NCBI GenBank assembly: GCA_041648735.1 | Contig: JBAZOO010000005.1 | Coordinates: 65,862-129,861, forward strand | Reading direction: 5' to 3' | DNA from: Lentisphaeria bacterium | GTDB taxonomy: Bacteria > Verrucomicrobiota > Lentisphaeria > Oligosphaerales > CAITYL01 | DNA: 64,000 bases | Shown: piece by piece, positions 34,741 through 43,433 of the stretch | How positions within the stretch are numbered: the first letter of the stretch is position 1 | Layout: each line of letters begins with the position of its first letter | Position numbers and translations under genes: made by a program | The notes under the pieces: generated by a model | Seen by the model: the letters and a program-made list of their open reading frames with translations, nothing else | Database searches by the model: none | What the model was told of the DNA's origin: nothing

Positions 34741-35482
34741 CGCCGCCGCCAATGCCGCCGCCGTCCCCGGCCAGTTGCGGGTGGGGACCTCGGGGTTCCT
34801 CTATGACCACTGGCAGGGGGTGTTCTATCCCGCCGACCTGCCCAAGGCCCGGCGCTTCCCCTTCTACGCCACCCAGTTCAGCTCGGTCGAGATCAACGCG
34901 ACCTTCTATCGGCTGCCGGCCGCCGCCGTCTTCGATGGCTGGCGGGAGAAGGCCCCGCCCGGGTTCACCTACGCCCTGAAATTCAGCCGGTTCTGCACCC
35001 ACATCAAGCGGCTGCTGGCGGTCGCGGAACCCACCCGCGAGTTCGTGGCGCGCGCCCGCCGGCTCGGCCCCGCCCTTGGCCCGATCCTCGTCCAGCTCCC
35101 GCCCCACTGGCACGCCGACCCCGGCCGGCTGCGGGAGTTCCTCGCCGCCGCCCCTACCGACCTCCGCTGGGCCTTCGAGTTCCGCGACCCGGACTGGCTC
35201 CGCGATGAGGTCTTCGCGCTGCTCCGCGCCCACAACGCCGCCCTCTGCATCCATGACCTCCTGCCCCACTATCCCCGGCTGCTGACGGCGGACTGGACCT
35301 ACCTCCGCTTCCACGGCGAGCACTACGGCGGCTCCTACTCCGAGGCTGACCTGCGCCCCGCTGCCGACTGGCTCCGCGGCCAGCTCGCCGCGGGGCACGA
35401 CGCCTTCGCCTATTTCAACAACGACGCCGACGGCTTTGCCGCGCCCAACGCCGCGCTCCTGCGCCGGCTGGCCACCGGCTGA
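34733..35482 (+). CDS. DUF72 (YecE/UPF0759) family protein
   Basis: Start is an internal ATG overlapping the upstream gene by 8 nt. Motifs LRVGTSGF.Y.HW.G.FYP, F.SVEIN.TFYR, and FEFR...W. Confidence 0.85.
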   Translation: MNDAAANAAAVPGQLRVGTSGFLYDHWQGVFYPADLPKARRFPFYATQFSSVEINATFYRLPAAAVFDGWREKAPPGFTYALKFSRFCTHIKRLLAVAEPTREFVARARRLGPALGPILVQLPPHWHADPGRLREFLAAAPTDLRWAFEFRDPDWLRDEVFALLRAHNAALCIHDLLPHYPRLLTADWTYLRFHGEHYGGSYSEADLRPAADWLRGQLAAGHDAFAYFNNDADGFAAPNAALLRRLATG

Positions 35483-35512
35483 ACGCCGCCCAACCCCCAG
35501 CGGAAGAGGACC

Positions 35513-36439
35513 ATGATGACGCCTGCCATCCAAGACACCCCCGCTCCCCGCCCCGCCGCCGCCCCATCGCCCTGGAACGTGGCGGAACTGCTGGAGCTGC
35601 TCCTGGAATGCGGCCGCATCGGCCTGCATTACTTCGCGAACCCGAGCTGGGAGCTGAAAGCCGACCAGACCCTGGTGACGCCCGCCGACCGCGAGATCGA
35701 GGCGCTGCTCGCCCGCCACTTCCACCATCCGGAGCGCGGCCGCCACCTGCTCGGCGAGGAGACGGTCATGGAACAGGAGGAGGCGGCGCTCCAGGCGATG
35801 CTGGCCGGCGGCGCCACCTGGGTCGTCGATCCCATCGACGGCACCGCCCCCTTCGCCCACGGCCTCGCCTATTGGGGCACCTCCATCGGCCTGATGGAGC
35901 GGGGCGTCATGACCCAGGGCGCCGTCTTCCTGCCGAAGGAAGGGGAGCTGTTCATTTCCACCGGCGACCGGGTGCTGTTCGCCGACCGCGTCGATCCGCA
36001 CCTCCCGGCGGACACCGTCGAGCTGCGGCCCTTGCAGCCGCGCCCCCTGCCGTTCAACGGCGGCGGCATGGTCGCCCTCAGCCAGGTGATCGCCAAGGCC
36101 GGCCGCTTCACCGGCCCCAACCCGGTGCACAACACCTGCTGCGCCATCAACGCCTTGACCTATCTCATGCTTGGCCGCTACATGGCCTACTTCGGCCACA
36201 TGCGCCTCTGGGACCTGGCCGGCAGCTATCCGCTCCTGCTCAAGGCCGGCTTCGAAGGGACGCACCTCGACGGCCGGCCGTTCCCGCCCGTGGTCGACAA
36301 CACCCACTTCACCCTGGATCCCGGCTCCCCCAAGCGCTTTGCCATCCGTGATGGCGCCGTCTTCGCCCCGCGCGGCATGGCCCCCGACCTGCTCCCGCTG
36401 GTCAGCTTTGCCGGCCCCCCGCCCCCAGCGGCCACGTGA
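35513..36439 (+). CDS. inositol monophosphatase / FIG superfamily phosphatase
   Basis: LLGEE and WVVDPIDGT metal-binding motifs, plus WDLAG near the C-terminal part. Confidence 0.7.
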   Translation: MMTPAIQDTPAPRPAAAPSPWNVAELLELLLECGRIGLHYFANPSWELKADQTLVTPADREIEALLARHFHHPERGRHLLGEETVMEQEEAALQAMLAGGATWVVDPIDGTAPFAHGLAYWGTSIGLMERGVMTQGAVFLPKEGELFISTGDRVLFADRVDPHLPADTVELRPLQPRPLPFNGGGMVALSQVIAKAGRFTGPNPVHNTCCAINALTYLMLGRYMAYFGHMRLWDLAGSYPLLLKAGFEGTHLDGRPFPPVVDNTHFTLDPGSPKRFAIRDGAVFAPRGMAPDLLPLVSFAGPPPPAAT

Positions 36440-36597
36440 CCGGAACTCCCGCGCCCCGGCTTGCGCTTCGCGCCGGAGATGCGATATTGTCAATGGTTCG
36501 AGTTACGGTTGCCAAGGTGGGTCGTAACCTCTTTCCCTGTTGCGACCGCATGGCGTGGACCGGCTGACGGCGGCCGCGCCTTCTGGAGCCTGGCCCC

Positions 36598-38412
36598 TTG
36601 ACCGATCCCCTTGCTGCCACCAGCGCCCATACCTTCCACATCCCCGTGATGGGGACCGGGTTCACCATTGATTCGCCGCTGAAGGTCGCGCGCTTCGGCA
36701 TCACCTCGGTGATTTCCTTGGTGGACGATGTCCTCATCGAGCAGATGCGGGAGCACCACAGCCGGGCGGCCGGCGAGCCGTTCACCCCGATCCGGCCGGA
36801 CGAGCCGGACTCCCGGGCGCGGCGGATCCAGGCCTACCTGGACTTCCTCGGCCGGCGGGTTGCGGCCCAGGTACGGGCCTTGCAGGCCGCGCCGTTCGTG
36901 CCGGGCAGCGAGATCGCCCGCTATTTCGAATGGCTGCCCGAGGAGGCGCCGGCAAAGGAGCTGTACCGGCGGATGCTGGCCACGGCCGAGCCGGCGGCCC
37001 AGGGCGCGCTCCAGGAGCGGCTGCGCCGGCTGGCCATCCCTGGCGGCATTGATGTCAACATCATGACCAAGCTCGAAGGCGACAGCTCCCGCGGCCGCAA
37101 CGGCGCCGCGCCGGACGCCGACGACGCCCGCTCCGCCTTGCGCGGCTTCGCGACCAGTTCCCTGGAGTCGGCCGTCGTCTTCTCGGCGGGGCTCAACCGC
37201 CCCCTCTACGGCTATGCCGCCCGCTTCGCCGATTTCCTGCCCAGCGATGGGCGGCTTCCCCGCAAGCGCATCATCCTGAAGGTGAGCGACTTCCGTTCCG
37301 CGGTCATCCAGGGGACATTTTTCGCCAAGCACGGCCTCTGGCTCTCCGAGTTCCGGGTCGAGTCGGGGCTGAACTGCGGCGGGCACGCCTTCGCCACCAA
37401 GGGGCTGCTGATGGGGCCGATCCTGGCGGAGTTCAAGGCCCAGCGCGCCGCGCTGCTTGCGGAGCTGCGCGCCCACTATCTGGAGGCGCTCCGCCGCCGG
37501 GCGGTGACCCCGCCGCCCGCGGAGCGGCTCGGCCTGCGCATCACCGCCCAGGGCGGCATCGGCACCGCCGCCGAAGACCGCCTGCTCCGCAGCGTCTATC
37601 ATGTCGCTGGCACCGGCTGGGGGACGCCGTTCATGCTGGTGCCGGAAGCGGTCAGCATCGATCCCGAATCGCTGCGCCTCCTCGCCGCCGCCACCGCCGC
37701 CGACGTGGAACTCAGCGACAATTCGCCGCTGGGCGTGCCGTTCTGGAACCTGCGCGCCTCCGCCAGCGAACAGGCCCGCCGCCAGCGCATCCGCGACGGC
37801 CGTCCCGGCGCCCCCTGCCGCAAGGGTTTCGCCCTGTTCAACACCGAGCTGACCGAGCAGCCGGTCTGCGTCGCCTCCCACGCCTATCAGAGCTTGAAGC
37901 TCCGGCAATTGGCCGACAACCATCCCGGCGGCGAACCCGATGCCGCCGCGGTGCACAAGGTCGTGACCAAGGCCTGCATCTGCCACGACCTCGCCGGCTG
38001 CGCCACCCTCAGCCACGGCCTGGATCCGGCGGCGACGCCCGCCGTCTGCTGCGGGCCCAACATCGCCTGGTTCCACCGCGTCGCCTCCCTTGAGGAGATG
38101 GTCGGGCACATCTATGGCCGCCTCTCACTCCTGGGCGAAGCGTCGCGCCCCCACCTGTTCATCAACGAACTCAGCCTCTACGTCGCGGAGCTGCGCCGGC
38201 AGGCGGCCGTGGCGTCGCAGGATGCCTCGGGGCGCCTCCACGCCTACCTGCGCGATTTCCGCGCCAATCTCCTGGCCGGCATCGCCCATTACCGGGGTGA
38301 GACCGCCCGGTTCCTGGAAGCGGGCAAGGCCCGGTTCCTCCAGGAACTGGCGGCGCTGGAAGCCGAGGTCCAGGGCATCCAGGACGGGGTCGGCAGTCCG
38401 CTTCCGGCCTGA
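36598..38412 (+). CDS. uncharacterised 604-aa protein, possibly an FMN/TIM-barrel-type enzyme
   Basis: ORF track (TTG start, so the start is uncertain). Segments HIPVMGTGFTIDSPLKVARFGITSVISLVDD, ESGLNCGGHAF and ITAQGGIGTAAED suggest a barrel-type enzyme. No family name recognised. Confidence 0.5.
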   Translation: MTDPLAATSAHTFHIPVMGTGFTIDSPLKVARFGITSVISLVDDVLIEQMREHHSRAAGEPFTPIRPDEPDSRARRIQAYLDFLGRRVAAQVRALQAAPFVPGSEIARYFEWLPEEAPAKELYRRMLATAEPAAQGALQERLRRLAIPGGIDVNIMTKLEGDSSRGRNGAAPDADDARSALRGFATSSLESAVVFSAGLNRPLYGYAARFADFLPSDGRLPRKRIILKVSDFRSAVIQGTFFAKHGLWLSEFRVESGLNCGGHAFATKGLLMGPILAEFKAQRAALLAELRAHYLEALRRRAVTPPPAERLGLRITAQGGIGTAAEDRLLRSVYHVAGTGWGTPFMLVPEAVSIDPESLRLLAAATAADVELSDNSPLGVPFWNLRASASEQARRQRIRDGRPGAPCRKGFALFNTELTEQPVCVASHAYQSLKLRQLADNHPGGEPDAAAVHKVVTKACICHDLAGCATLSHGLDPAATPAVCCGPNIAWFHRVASLEEMVGHIYGRLSLLGEASRPHLFINELSLYVAELRRQAAVASQDASGRLHAYLRDFRANLLAGIAHYRGETARFLEAGKARFLQELAALEAEVQGIQDGVGSPLPA

Positions 38413-38497
38413 CCGGCGGCGGGGCTGGGGCGCGGCGGTATAGTACGGGCTTTTTGCGCCCCAAACTCCACCACCGCCGCCAGCGAGTCCGAGGATC

Positions 38498-39778
38498 ATG
38501 AGCACCCACGCCTGGATCAGCGTCGCCGTCTTTTTTGCCTGCTATCTCCTGTTCGTGCTGTTGCCGGCCCGCCGGTCCTGGGTCGCCCTGGGTGGCGGCC
38601 TGGCGCTGGTCGCCGCCGGGGTGCTGGGCTGGCGCGAGGCGCTGTTCGAGGCGGTGGAATGGAACGTCATCGGCCTGTTCTTCGGCACGTTGGTGCTCGC
38701 GGAGCTGTTCCTGATGTCGCGGATGCCGGCGGTGCTGGCGGAATGGCTGGTGGACCGGATGAAGACCGCCCGCGGGGCGATGCTGGCGGTCTGCCTGCTG
38801 GCGGGGTTCCTCTCGGCTTTCCTGGAAAACGTCGCGGTCGTGCTGCTGCTGGCGCCGGTGGCCCTGAGCCTGACCGAGAAGCTCAAGCTCTCGCCGGTGC
38901 GGCTGCTGCTGGGCATTGCGATCATGTCCAACCTGGAAGGCACGGCGACGCTGATCGGCGACCCGCCGAGCATGATCCTCGCCGGCTACCTGAAGCTCTC
39001 GTTCAACGACTTCTTCTTCTACCACGGCCGGCCCTCCATCTTTTTCGCGATCCAGCTCGGGCTGGCGGGGGCGCTGGCGGTCCTCTGGTGGCTCCTGCGC
39101 GACCTGAAGCAGCCGGTGGCGCTGGTGCCCGTCGAGAAGGTGCGCTCCCATTTCCCGGCCGCCCTCATGGGGCTGCTGGTGCTCGGCCTGGCCTTCGCCT
39201 CCCTCATCGACCGCGACTTCGAATGGTTCGCCGGCACCCTCGCCCTGGCCCTGGCCGCCGCCGGGCTGCTCTGGTACCGCCTGGTGGCCCGCTGGGGGCG
39301 GCTGCGGCCGCTGCTGACCTCGCTGGACTGGGACACGACCCTTTTCCTGGCCGGCGTCTTCGTCGTGGTCGGCGCCCTGACCGGCAGCGGCGTCCCCGGA
39401 CTCCTGGCCGGCGGCATCGCCCGGCTGGTCGGCGACAGCGAACTCCTGGCCTTCCTCATCCTGGTGGCGACCGCCACGCTTGTCTCCGGCTTCGTGGACA
39501 ACGTCCCCTTCCTCACCGCCATGATCCCGGTGACCCAGAAGGTCGCCGACAGCATCGGCGCGCCAGTGCCGCTGCTGATGTTCGGCCTGCTCATCGGCGT
39601 CTGCCTCGGCGGCAACATCACCCCGATCGGCGCCTCCGCCAACCTGGTGGCCATGGGGCTGCTGAAGAAGCAGGGGCACCCGGTGAGCTTCCGCGGCTTC
39701 ATGCGGCTCGGCATCCCGATCACCGCCGTGACCCTGCTCCTGGGCGGCCTCTTCATCTGGCTGGTCTGGCGTTCCTGA
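38498..39778 (+). CDS. ArsB/NhaD-superfamily (CitMHS-like) anion permease
   Basis: About 11-12 hydrophobic segments. Motifs SAFLENVAVVLLLAPV, NLEGTATLIGDPP, and GGNITPIGASANLV are typical of this permease superfamily. Confidence 0.8.
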   Translation: MSTHAWISVAVFFACYLLFVLLPARRSWVALGGGLALVAAGVLGWREALFEAVEWNVIGLFFGTLVLAELFLMSRMPAVLAEWLVDRMKTARGAMLAVCLLAGFLSAFLENVAVVLLLAPVALSLTEKLKLSPVRLLLGIAIMSNLEGTATLIGDPPSMILAGYLKLSFNDFFFYHGRPSIFFAIQLGLAGALAVLWWLLRDLKQPVALVPVEKVRSHFPAALMGLLVLGLAFASLIDRDFEWFAGTLALALAAAGLLWYRLVARWGRLRPLLTSLDWDTTLFLAGVFVVVGALTGSGVPGLLAGGIARLVGDSELLAFLILVATATLVSGFVDNVPFLTAMIPVTQKVADSIGAPVPLLMFGLLIGVCLGGNITPIGASANLVAMGLLKKQGHPVSFRGFMRLGIPITAVTLLLGGLFIWLVWRS

Positions 39779-39794
39779 CGGCGCCGGGTTCGCC

Positions 39795-40598
39795 TCAATC
39801 CAGGAAGAAGTCGCCGGCGGCGTCGAGGCGGGCGCGCAGCTCGGCATTGGCGGGCGTCGCCGGCGCCGGTGCCGGTGCGGGCGTGGCCTGGCCCGTGCGC
39901 CAGGCGGCCAGCACCTCGCGCAGGCGTGGCCGGATGCGCTCGCGCGCCGTGGCGCGGGGCACGCCCCCCGCCAGCAGCCGGTCGTAGGCGGTCTCCTGGT
40001 GCCGGATCCAGGCGACCACCGCCAGGGTGACGGCCCGTTCCGACAACTCCTTGGCGGCGGCGCCGCGGCCGACCCGGCCGCTGTGCTTCGCGCAGGCATG
40101 GTCGGTGATCCGCCGCTCCTCCCCGGCCGGACAGCCGGGGAAGCGCGCCCGCACCGCCGCGGCGAACTCCGCATGGTAGGCGGCATCTTCCCGCGCCAGC
40201 CGGACCTGGTTCCGCTGGCGGCGTCCGGCGCGCGCATCCGCGTCCGCCAGACACGCCGCCCGCGCCCGGACCACCGCCGCCGCTGCCGCCAAGGTGCCGA
40301 CCCGGACGTGCCGGCGCTGGCGGTGGTGCCATTCCAGCACCGGCACGGCGGCCCGGCCGCCCGGCTGTTGCAGCCGGCGGGTCAGGGCGGGATTCCCGGC
40401 GGGGACGAACTCCAGGCCGCCCAGCCCCGCGCAGGCGGCGCAGGCCAGCCGCCGGCCGCCGGCATCCTGGGCCAGGGCGATCTCGTCCCGCCGCAACAGC
40501 CGCCGGCAGGCCACGCACCGGGTTCCGGGCTGATGCCCGCGCCGGGCGAACTCCGCGGGCAGGGCGGCGGCGGCAATTGGACGCCGGGGCGGGGACAT
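39795..40598 (-). CDS. DUF2293 domain protein with N-terminal CxxC...CxxC motif
   Basis: 267 aa from the internal ATG of ORF 39795..40991. ITDHACAKHSGRVGRGAAAKELSERAVTLAVVAWIRHQETAYDRLL matches my recollection of DUF2293. Confidence 0.65.
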   Translation of the reverse strand: MSPPRRPIAAAALPAEFARRGHQPGTRCVACRRLLRRDEIALAQDAGGRRLACAACAGLGGLEFVPAGNPALTRRLQQPGGRAAVPVLEWHHRQRRHVRVGTLAAAAAVVRARAACLADADARAGRRQRNQVRLAREDAAYHAEFAAAVRARFPGCPAGEERRITDHACAKHSGRVGRGAAAKELSERAVTLAVVAWIRHQETAYDRLLAGGVPRATARERIRPRLREVLAAWRTGQATPAPAPAPATPANAELRARLDAAGDFFLD

Positions 40599-40800
40599 GA
40601 AACGGCGGCTCCTGGGGCGAAGAAGTGGGGGGAAGGCGGCAGCCAATAATGTGGCGGCGGCGCCCCCGATGGCAAGCCCCGCCGCCGCAGCGGCTCTGGG
40701 GCGTTGGCCGCGACGCGGGGACGGATTATGTTGGCGGGAATGCCGCCGCGCATGGTCGCGCGCGGGAAAAAACGCCTGCCATCCTTGGAGATTTCTGGCC

Positions 40801-41070
40801 ATGACTCCTGCGAACTCCGCAATCCCCTGCCTCCTGCTTGCCGCCGGGCTCATCCTGGCCGCCGCCACCGGCTGCGCTGGCCTGGAAGAGCACAAGGGCG
40901 CGGCCACCGGCGCCGTGATCGGCGGCACGGTCGGCGCCCTCACCGGCTCGGCGGTGGGCGGCGAAGGCAACCGCACCGGCGCGGCGATCATCGGCGGCGC
41001 CGTGGGCGCGGCCGCCGGCGGTGCCGTCGGCCATTACGGCTACGACGAAAAGCAGAAAACCGACAAGTGA
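40801..41070 (+). CDS. glycine-zipper lipoprotein (89 aa)
   Basis: Start is the internal ATG of ORF 40597..41070. Lipobox-like LAAATGC. Glycine-zipper run GAVIGGTVGALTGSAVGG...GAAIIGGAVGAAAGGAVG. Confidence 0.65.
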   Translation: MTPANSAIPCLLLAAGLILAAATGCAGLEEHKGAATGAVIGGTVGALTGSAVGGEGNRTGAAIIGGAVGAAAGGAVGHYGYDEKQKTDK

Positions 41071-41073
41071 CCT

Positions 41074-41127
41074 CATGGCTCCCATGGGACTCATGGGACT
41101 CATGGGACTCATGGGACTCATGGCCCC
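41074..41127. repeat. tandem 9-nt repeat, six units (CATGGCTCC, CATGGGACT x4, CATGGCCCC)
   Basis: Read directly. It fills the 47-nt gap between the convergent lipoprotein and dus genes and runs into the last codons of dus. Confidence 0.9.
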
Positions 41128-42128
41128 GCCTCGGCCCGAAGGGCGGCCTGGAAGCTTTCGGCGTCGGCGGCGGCGGCCAGCGCCTGGAAGCGGGGTGAGC
41201 CCAGGCCGAAGAGGTGGCGCGCGAGTTCGAGGAGGAAGCCGCGGCGCCAGCGCTCCGGCCCGGCGGCGGCGGTCTGGGCGAGGCTGAGGAGGAAGGCGGC
41301 CTTTTCGGCCGCCCCGCGTTCCGCGGCGGGCTGGCCGGCCGCGGCGGCGCGGATTTCCGCCAGCAGCCAGGGGTTGCGCAGCAGGCCGCGGGCGGGGGTG
41401 ACGCCGTCCACGCCGGTTTCCCGGTGCAGCGCCAGCGCCGCGGCCGGGGTGAAGACGTTGCCGCTGGCGAGCAGGGGGATGCCGGGCAGGAGTTGGCGGG
41501 CGCGCTTCAGCCGGTCGCCGGCGTCGGGCGCGGCGTGGTAGCCTTCGGCCACCGTGCGCCAGTGGAGCATGACGAAGTCCGGCTGGGCGCTGCGCACGGC
41601 CGCCAGCAGCGCCGGCAGCTCGTGCGGACTTCGCAAGCCGCTGCGGAGCTTGACGCTGACGCCGTGCTCCGGGCAGGCCCGGCGCAGGGCGAGCAGGGCG
41701 TCGTGGATCCAGCGCGGCTCGGCCAGGCGCGCGCCGCCGGCGCCATTGCGGACCACGGTCGGGCTTGGGCAGGCGCAGTTCAGGTCAATGCCGACAATGC
41801 CGGGGAGGCGGACGATCTCCGCCGCGGCCGCCGCCAGCAGGGGGATGTCGGTGCCCATGAGCTGGACGACGCTGGGGAGCTGGAACGCCGTGGCGGCGTC
41901 CAGGAATTCGGCCAGCCGTTCCCGCAGCCGCGCCGGGCGGGGCACGGCCGTGGAGATGCGGAGGAACGGCGTGATCCAGGAGCGCGCCAGGCCGCGGGTG
42001 GTCAGCACCCGCACGAAGGCGCCGGCGGTGATTCCCTCCATCGGCCCCGGCGGCAGCCGGTCCGGCAGGGAGAGGCGTCCGCCCGCAAGCGGCAGCGGCT
42101 GGAGGAACGGATGGGTGGCGGGGGGCAA
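41118..42128 (-). CDS. tRNA-dihydrouridine synthase (Dus) family protein
   Basis: GIDLNCACP, VSVKLRSG, and LLASGNVFTPAAA resemble the Dus TIM-barrel motifs (D.N.GCP, K.R.G, GN). Confidence 0.7.
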   Translation of the reverse strand: MPPATHPFLQPLPLAGGRLSLPDRLPPGPMEGITAGAFVRVLTTRGLARSWITPFLRISTAVPRPARLRERLAEFLDAATAFQLPSVVQLMGTDIPLLAAAAAEIVRLPGIVGIDLNCACPSPTVVRNGAGGARLAEPRWIHDALLALRRACPEHGVSVKLRSGLRSPHELPALLAAVRSAQPDFVMLHWRTVAEGYHAAPDAGDRLKRARQLLPGIPLLASGNVFTPAAALALHRETGVDGVTPARGLLRNPWLLAEIRAAAAGQPAAERGAAEKAAFLLSLAQTAAAGPERWRRGFLLELARHLFGLGSPRFQALAAAADAESFQAALRAEAGP

Positions 42129-42159
42129 GTTTTGCGTTCCCGTTCTCTTTGGCGGCGGC

Positions 42160-43224
42160 TTACGGCGTGCCGGTGCCGCTGCCGCTGGCCTGGAAGGCGG
42201 CGTGCCAGGCGGCGGCGAGGAGGGCGGCGGCGGCGAGGAGGGCGGCGGCCTGGAGCCAGGCGGAAGTGCGGCGGTCGCGGCAGGGGATGAGGATGGCGCC
42301 GGCGGCGAGGCCGGCGAGGAACCCCCAGGCGTGGCCGCCCACGTCCGCCCGGGGCGCCGTGCCGAGGAAGGCGAGGAGCGCGACTGCGGCGAGCAGCGGC
42401 AGCCAGCTCCGGCTCCAGAAGGAGAGCAGGTCGCGCCAGCCTTTCCAGACCCGGCTGACTTGCAGCGTGGCGAGGCTCCCGAGGGCGGCGAAGGTGGCGG
42501 TGCTGGCGCCGACCGCGACGTGGCCAGGGCCGGCTTGCAGGGCGGCGAGGGCGTTGCCGGCGCTCCCGGCGAGGAGGATGGCGAGCAGCCCCAGGCCGGG
42601 GCCGACGCCGCGGATCAGGAAGAAGCCGAACCAGGCCAGGCAGACGGCGTTGGCGAGCACATGCGGGAGGTCGGCGTGGAGGGTCAGGGCGGTGAGCGGG
42701 CGCCACCAGTCGCCGGCGAGGATGCGCCCGGCGTCGGCGGCGCCGGCGGCCTGGGCGGGCACGGCCGGGTCGAACTCGCCGGTGATGCCGTGGAAGAGGA
42801 GCAGGAGCAGGGCGGCGACCAGGGCGGGGATGGCCGCGTGCCGGTACGCGGCGGGGGTCTGGGGCAGGAACTGCCGGTGGGGCGGCCAATGGCGGTTGAC
42901 GCGGTGGTAGGCGCTGAGTTCCCGCCGGGCCGGGATGGCGAACTCCGCGGGCACCACCAGCTCCCAGCCGCCGCCGCCGCCGGTTTCCAGCCGGTAGGGG
43001 ATGCGGGCGGCGGCCAGGGCGGCCATCCGCGGCAACGGCTTGCGCCAGCCCTGGCAGCGGATGCGGATCGTGGGGCCTTCGCCAAGATCGTCACTGGCCT
43101 CGGCAGCGGCCTCGGCGGGGGCGGCCGGCGGTGGCCACGCCGGGAGGGGGGGCAGCACCACTTCGGGCGGCGGCGCGGGGGCGGCGGGATCCGGCTCGGC
43201 GGGGAAGGCGGGGTGACGCTTCAT
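42160..43224 (-). CDS. rhomboid family intramembrane serine protease with N-terminal cytoplasmic extension
   Basis: Start is the internal ATG (MKRHPAFP). Motifs WWRPLTALTLHADLPHVLAN, catalytic-Ser context VGASTATFAALG, and His context GGHAWGFLAG. Confidence 0.75.
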   Translation of the reverse strand: MKRHPAFPAEPDPAAPAPPPEVVLPPLPAWPPPAAPAEAAAEASDDLGEGPTIRIRCQGWRKPLPRMAALAAARIPYRLETGGGGGWELVVPAEFAIPARRELSAYHRVNRHWPPHRQFLPQTPAAYRHAAIPALVAALLLLLFHGITGEFDPAVPAQAAGAADAGRILAGDWWRPLTALTLHADLPHVLANAVCLAWFGFFLIRGVGPGLGLLAILLAGSAGNALAALQAGPGHVAVGASTATFAALGSLATLQVSRVWKGWRDLLSFWSRSWLPLLAAVALLAFLGTAPRADVGGHAWGFLAGLAAGAILIPCRDRRTSAWLQAAALLAAAALLAAAWHAAFQASGSGTGTP

Positions 43225-43433
43225 GGGGGGGGGCGGGGCGCTTCCAGATGGCGGTGGAACCAGCAGGTGCAAAACGTACAGCCGCCGGGGGATTTGTAAA
43301 ACCTGGCCGCGGGGCAAGCGGGAAAGCGCGGGAAAGGTGGCATTGGCCGCCGCCGTCCTTTCTTTCGTGCGGCCGGCCGTTATACTACCTCAATTCGCCA
43401 CTTTTTCTTGGGACAGGGCAGAGGGTCGCTTGG

